Assembly: GCF_006345805.1 (NCBI RefSeq)
Contig: NC_043016.1
Location: 9,920,001-9,984,000, forward strand
Length of the DNA stretch: 64,000 nt
Reading direction: 5' to 3'
From: Octopus sinensis
Lineage: Eukaryota
Shown: positions 62,521 to 64,000 of the stretch, one piece after another
How the letters are laid out: each line of letters starts with the position of its first letter
Numbering within the stretch: position 1 is the stretch's first letter
Program-made: the position numbers and the translations under genes
The notes under the pieces: model-generated
Told to the model about the DNA's origin: nothing
What the model saw: the letters and a program-made list of their open reading frames with translations, nothing else
Databases searched by the model: none

Positions 62521-62979
62521 ATATATAATGACTGCATGTAAAGTAGACAGAGAAATTTTGATGTGTTGCAACTTGTTGAAAGACGTGTAATTTGTAAACA
62601 GCCACCGATGTTGTAATGGATTCTGTACTGTTATTCTGCTTGCAAATCTTTGGTCAACTGTTACAGCTTACAGCCACAGCAGCTGTTGCAGATTCCACAT
62701 TGTTTAACAAGTTGCATTCAGAGAGCTGATTCATTTAGATGCAACAACTTAATGTGGTAACCATTGCAGATTTAGCAGCTGTTATGAATTATTCATCTTT
62801 CGAGAGATTAAAACGCAGCGAACTTTTTGTGCTGTCTACTTTACATGCAGCCATGCAATAACATATTGAATTGCTTAAAGGATTAATCCAAGTCGAATTA
62901 AGACAGTGTTAATTACAACCCATGATTATTAAACATAAAAAGATTAATTTATTTTTGGAATAGTGGATCTCAAAGCACA

Positions 62980-63385
62980 CATCATCATCATCGTCGTCAT
63001 CATCTTCATTTAGTGTCTGTTTTCCATGCTAGCATGGGTTGCACGGTTCAACTGGGGTCTGGGAAGCCATAAGGCTGCACCAGGCCCAGTCTGATCTGGC
63101 AATGTTTCTACGGCTGGATGCCCTTCCTAACGCCAACCACTCCGTGAGTGTAGTGGGTGCTTTTTACATGCCAGACGGAGCTGGCAAATGGCCACGGTCG
63201 GATGGTGATTTTTACATGCCACCGGCACGGGGGCCAGGCGAGGCTGGCAATGGCCACAATCGGATGGTGCCTTTTACGTGCCACCGGCACGAGGCCAGTC
63301 GGGGCGGCGCTGGCAAAGGCCATGTTCGGATGGTTCTCTTGCATACCACCGGCACTGGTATCACAGCTGCAATTCCATTGATGTT
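62980..63385 (-). mobile_element. SINE-like family C
   Basis: Reverse complement of the family C sequence. Confidence 0.8.
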
Positions 63386-64000
63386 GATCGATTTCGATTT
63401 TGATAGCATGTAAACGTTGAGTTGCAAAACTCTTTGAGAAAGAGAATGCTAGCAGCCTTTCTTGTCTAAAATTACTAGCCTTGTTTCAAAATTTGAAACA
63501 TATTATTATAAAGGTTGTGAGCAGGCAGAATTGTTAGCAGACCAGCCAAAATACTTAGCGGCATTTCATCTGATCTTATGCTCTGAGTTGAAATTCAGAA
63601 CATAAGGACAATTTGTTTTCATCCTTCCGGGAGGAATAAAATAAATACTAGTTGATTACCGGGGTCAATATCATTGACTTACCCAACTCCTCCATAACTT
63701 GCTGGCCTTGTGCAAAAATTTGAAACCATTATCATTATTATTAAGGCAGCGAGCTGGCAGAATTTTTAGCACACTGGACGGAATACTCGGCAATATTTTG
63801 CCTGTTGCAACATTCTGAGTTCAAATTCTGCTGAGGTTGACTTTACTTTTCCTGCTGGGATTAATCACCACTGAATGTTCTTGGGAGAAGCATGAACATT
63901 ACAAACTGTAAACTGGTATTTCTCCTGTCTATGGCAGTTATGTTTCATTGTTGCATTTTCCTGATTTACTAAATTTAGCAATTCCATTTTACCCTTCATC

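Noticed and set aside
3250-63427. Many recurrent 60-120-aa ORFs (MLGDKQTH..., MTTDAGVF..., MDGSTGVWEARR..., MCVCVY...)
   Set aside because: They are translations of SINE copies and microsatellites, repeated near-verbatim across the window.

Overview
AT-rich, extremely repeat-dense eukaryotic DNA, most likely from an octopus or other coleoid cephalopod. This is inferred from the tRNA-derived SINE families and from a mitochondrial ND5 insert that reads in the invertebrate mitochondrial code. The main host gene is the 3' part of a SWAP70/DEF6-family gene on the + strand. It has six GT-AG exons with consistent phases: 7742-7888, 8111-8210, 12706-12884, 18360-18505, 20505-20703 and 46410-46661. 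They encode a PH domain, a coiled coil and the conserved C-terminal motif; the 5' exons lie upstream of the window. The introns and downstream DNA hold several SINE families, Helitron and Helentron-type elements, piggyBac, MULE, Tc1 and mariner remnants, RTE, R4-like and Penelope-like retroelement remnants, an ND5 NUMT, four tandem arrays and a 1.8-kb tandem duplication. The most interesting signals are: (1) three minimal Penelope-type hammerhead ribozyme motifs, all on the minus strand, including a G3:C8 core-swap variant and an A6U variant; (2) a composite Helitron whose insertion as one unit is shown by a split mariner MITE; (3) a Helitron carrying a dimeric 46-bp satellite; (4) a SINE-tail satellite with a 4-unit higher-order repeat. 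Family assignments come from motif recognition, not database searches. Repeat boundaries are approximate unless termini are quoted.
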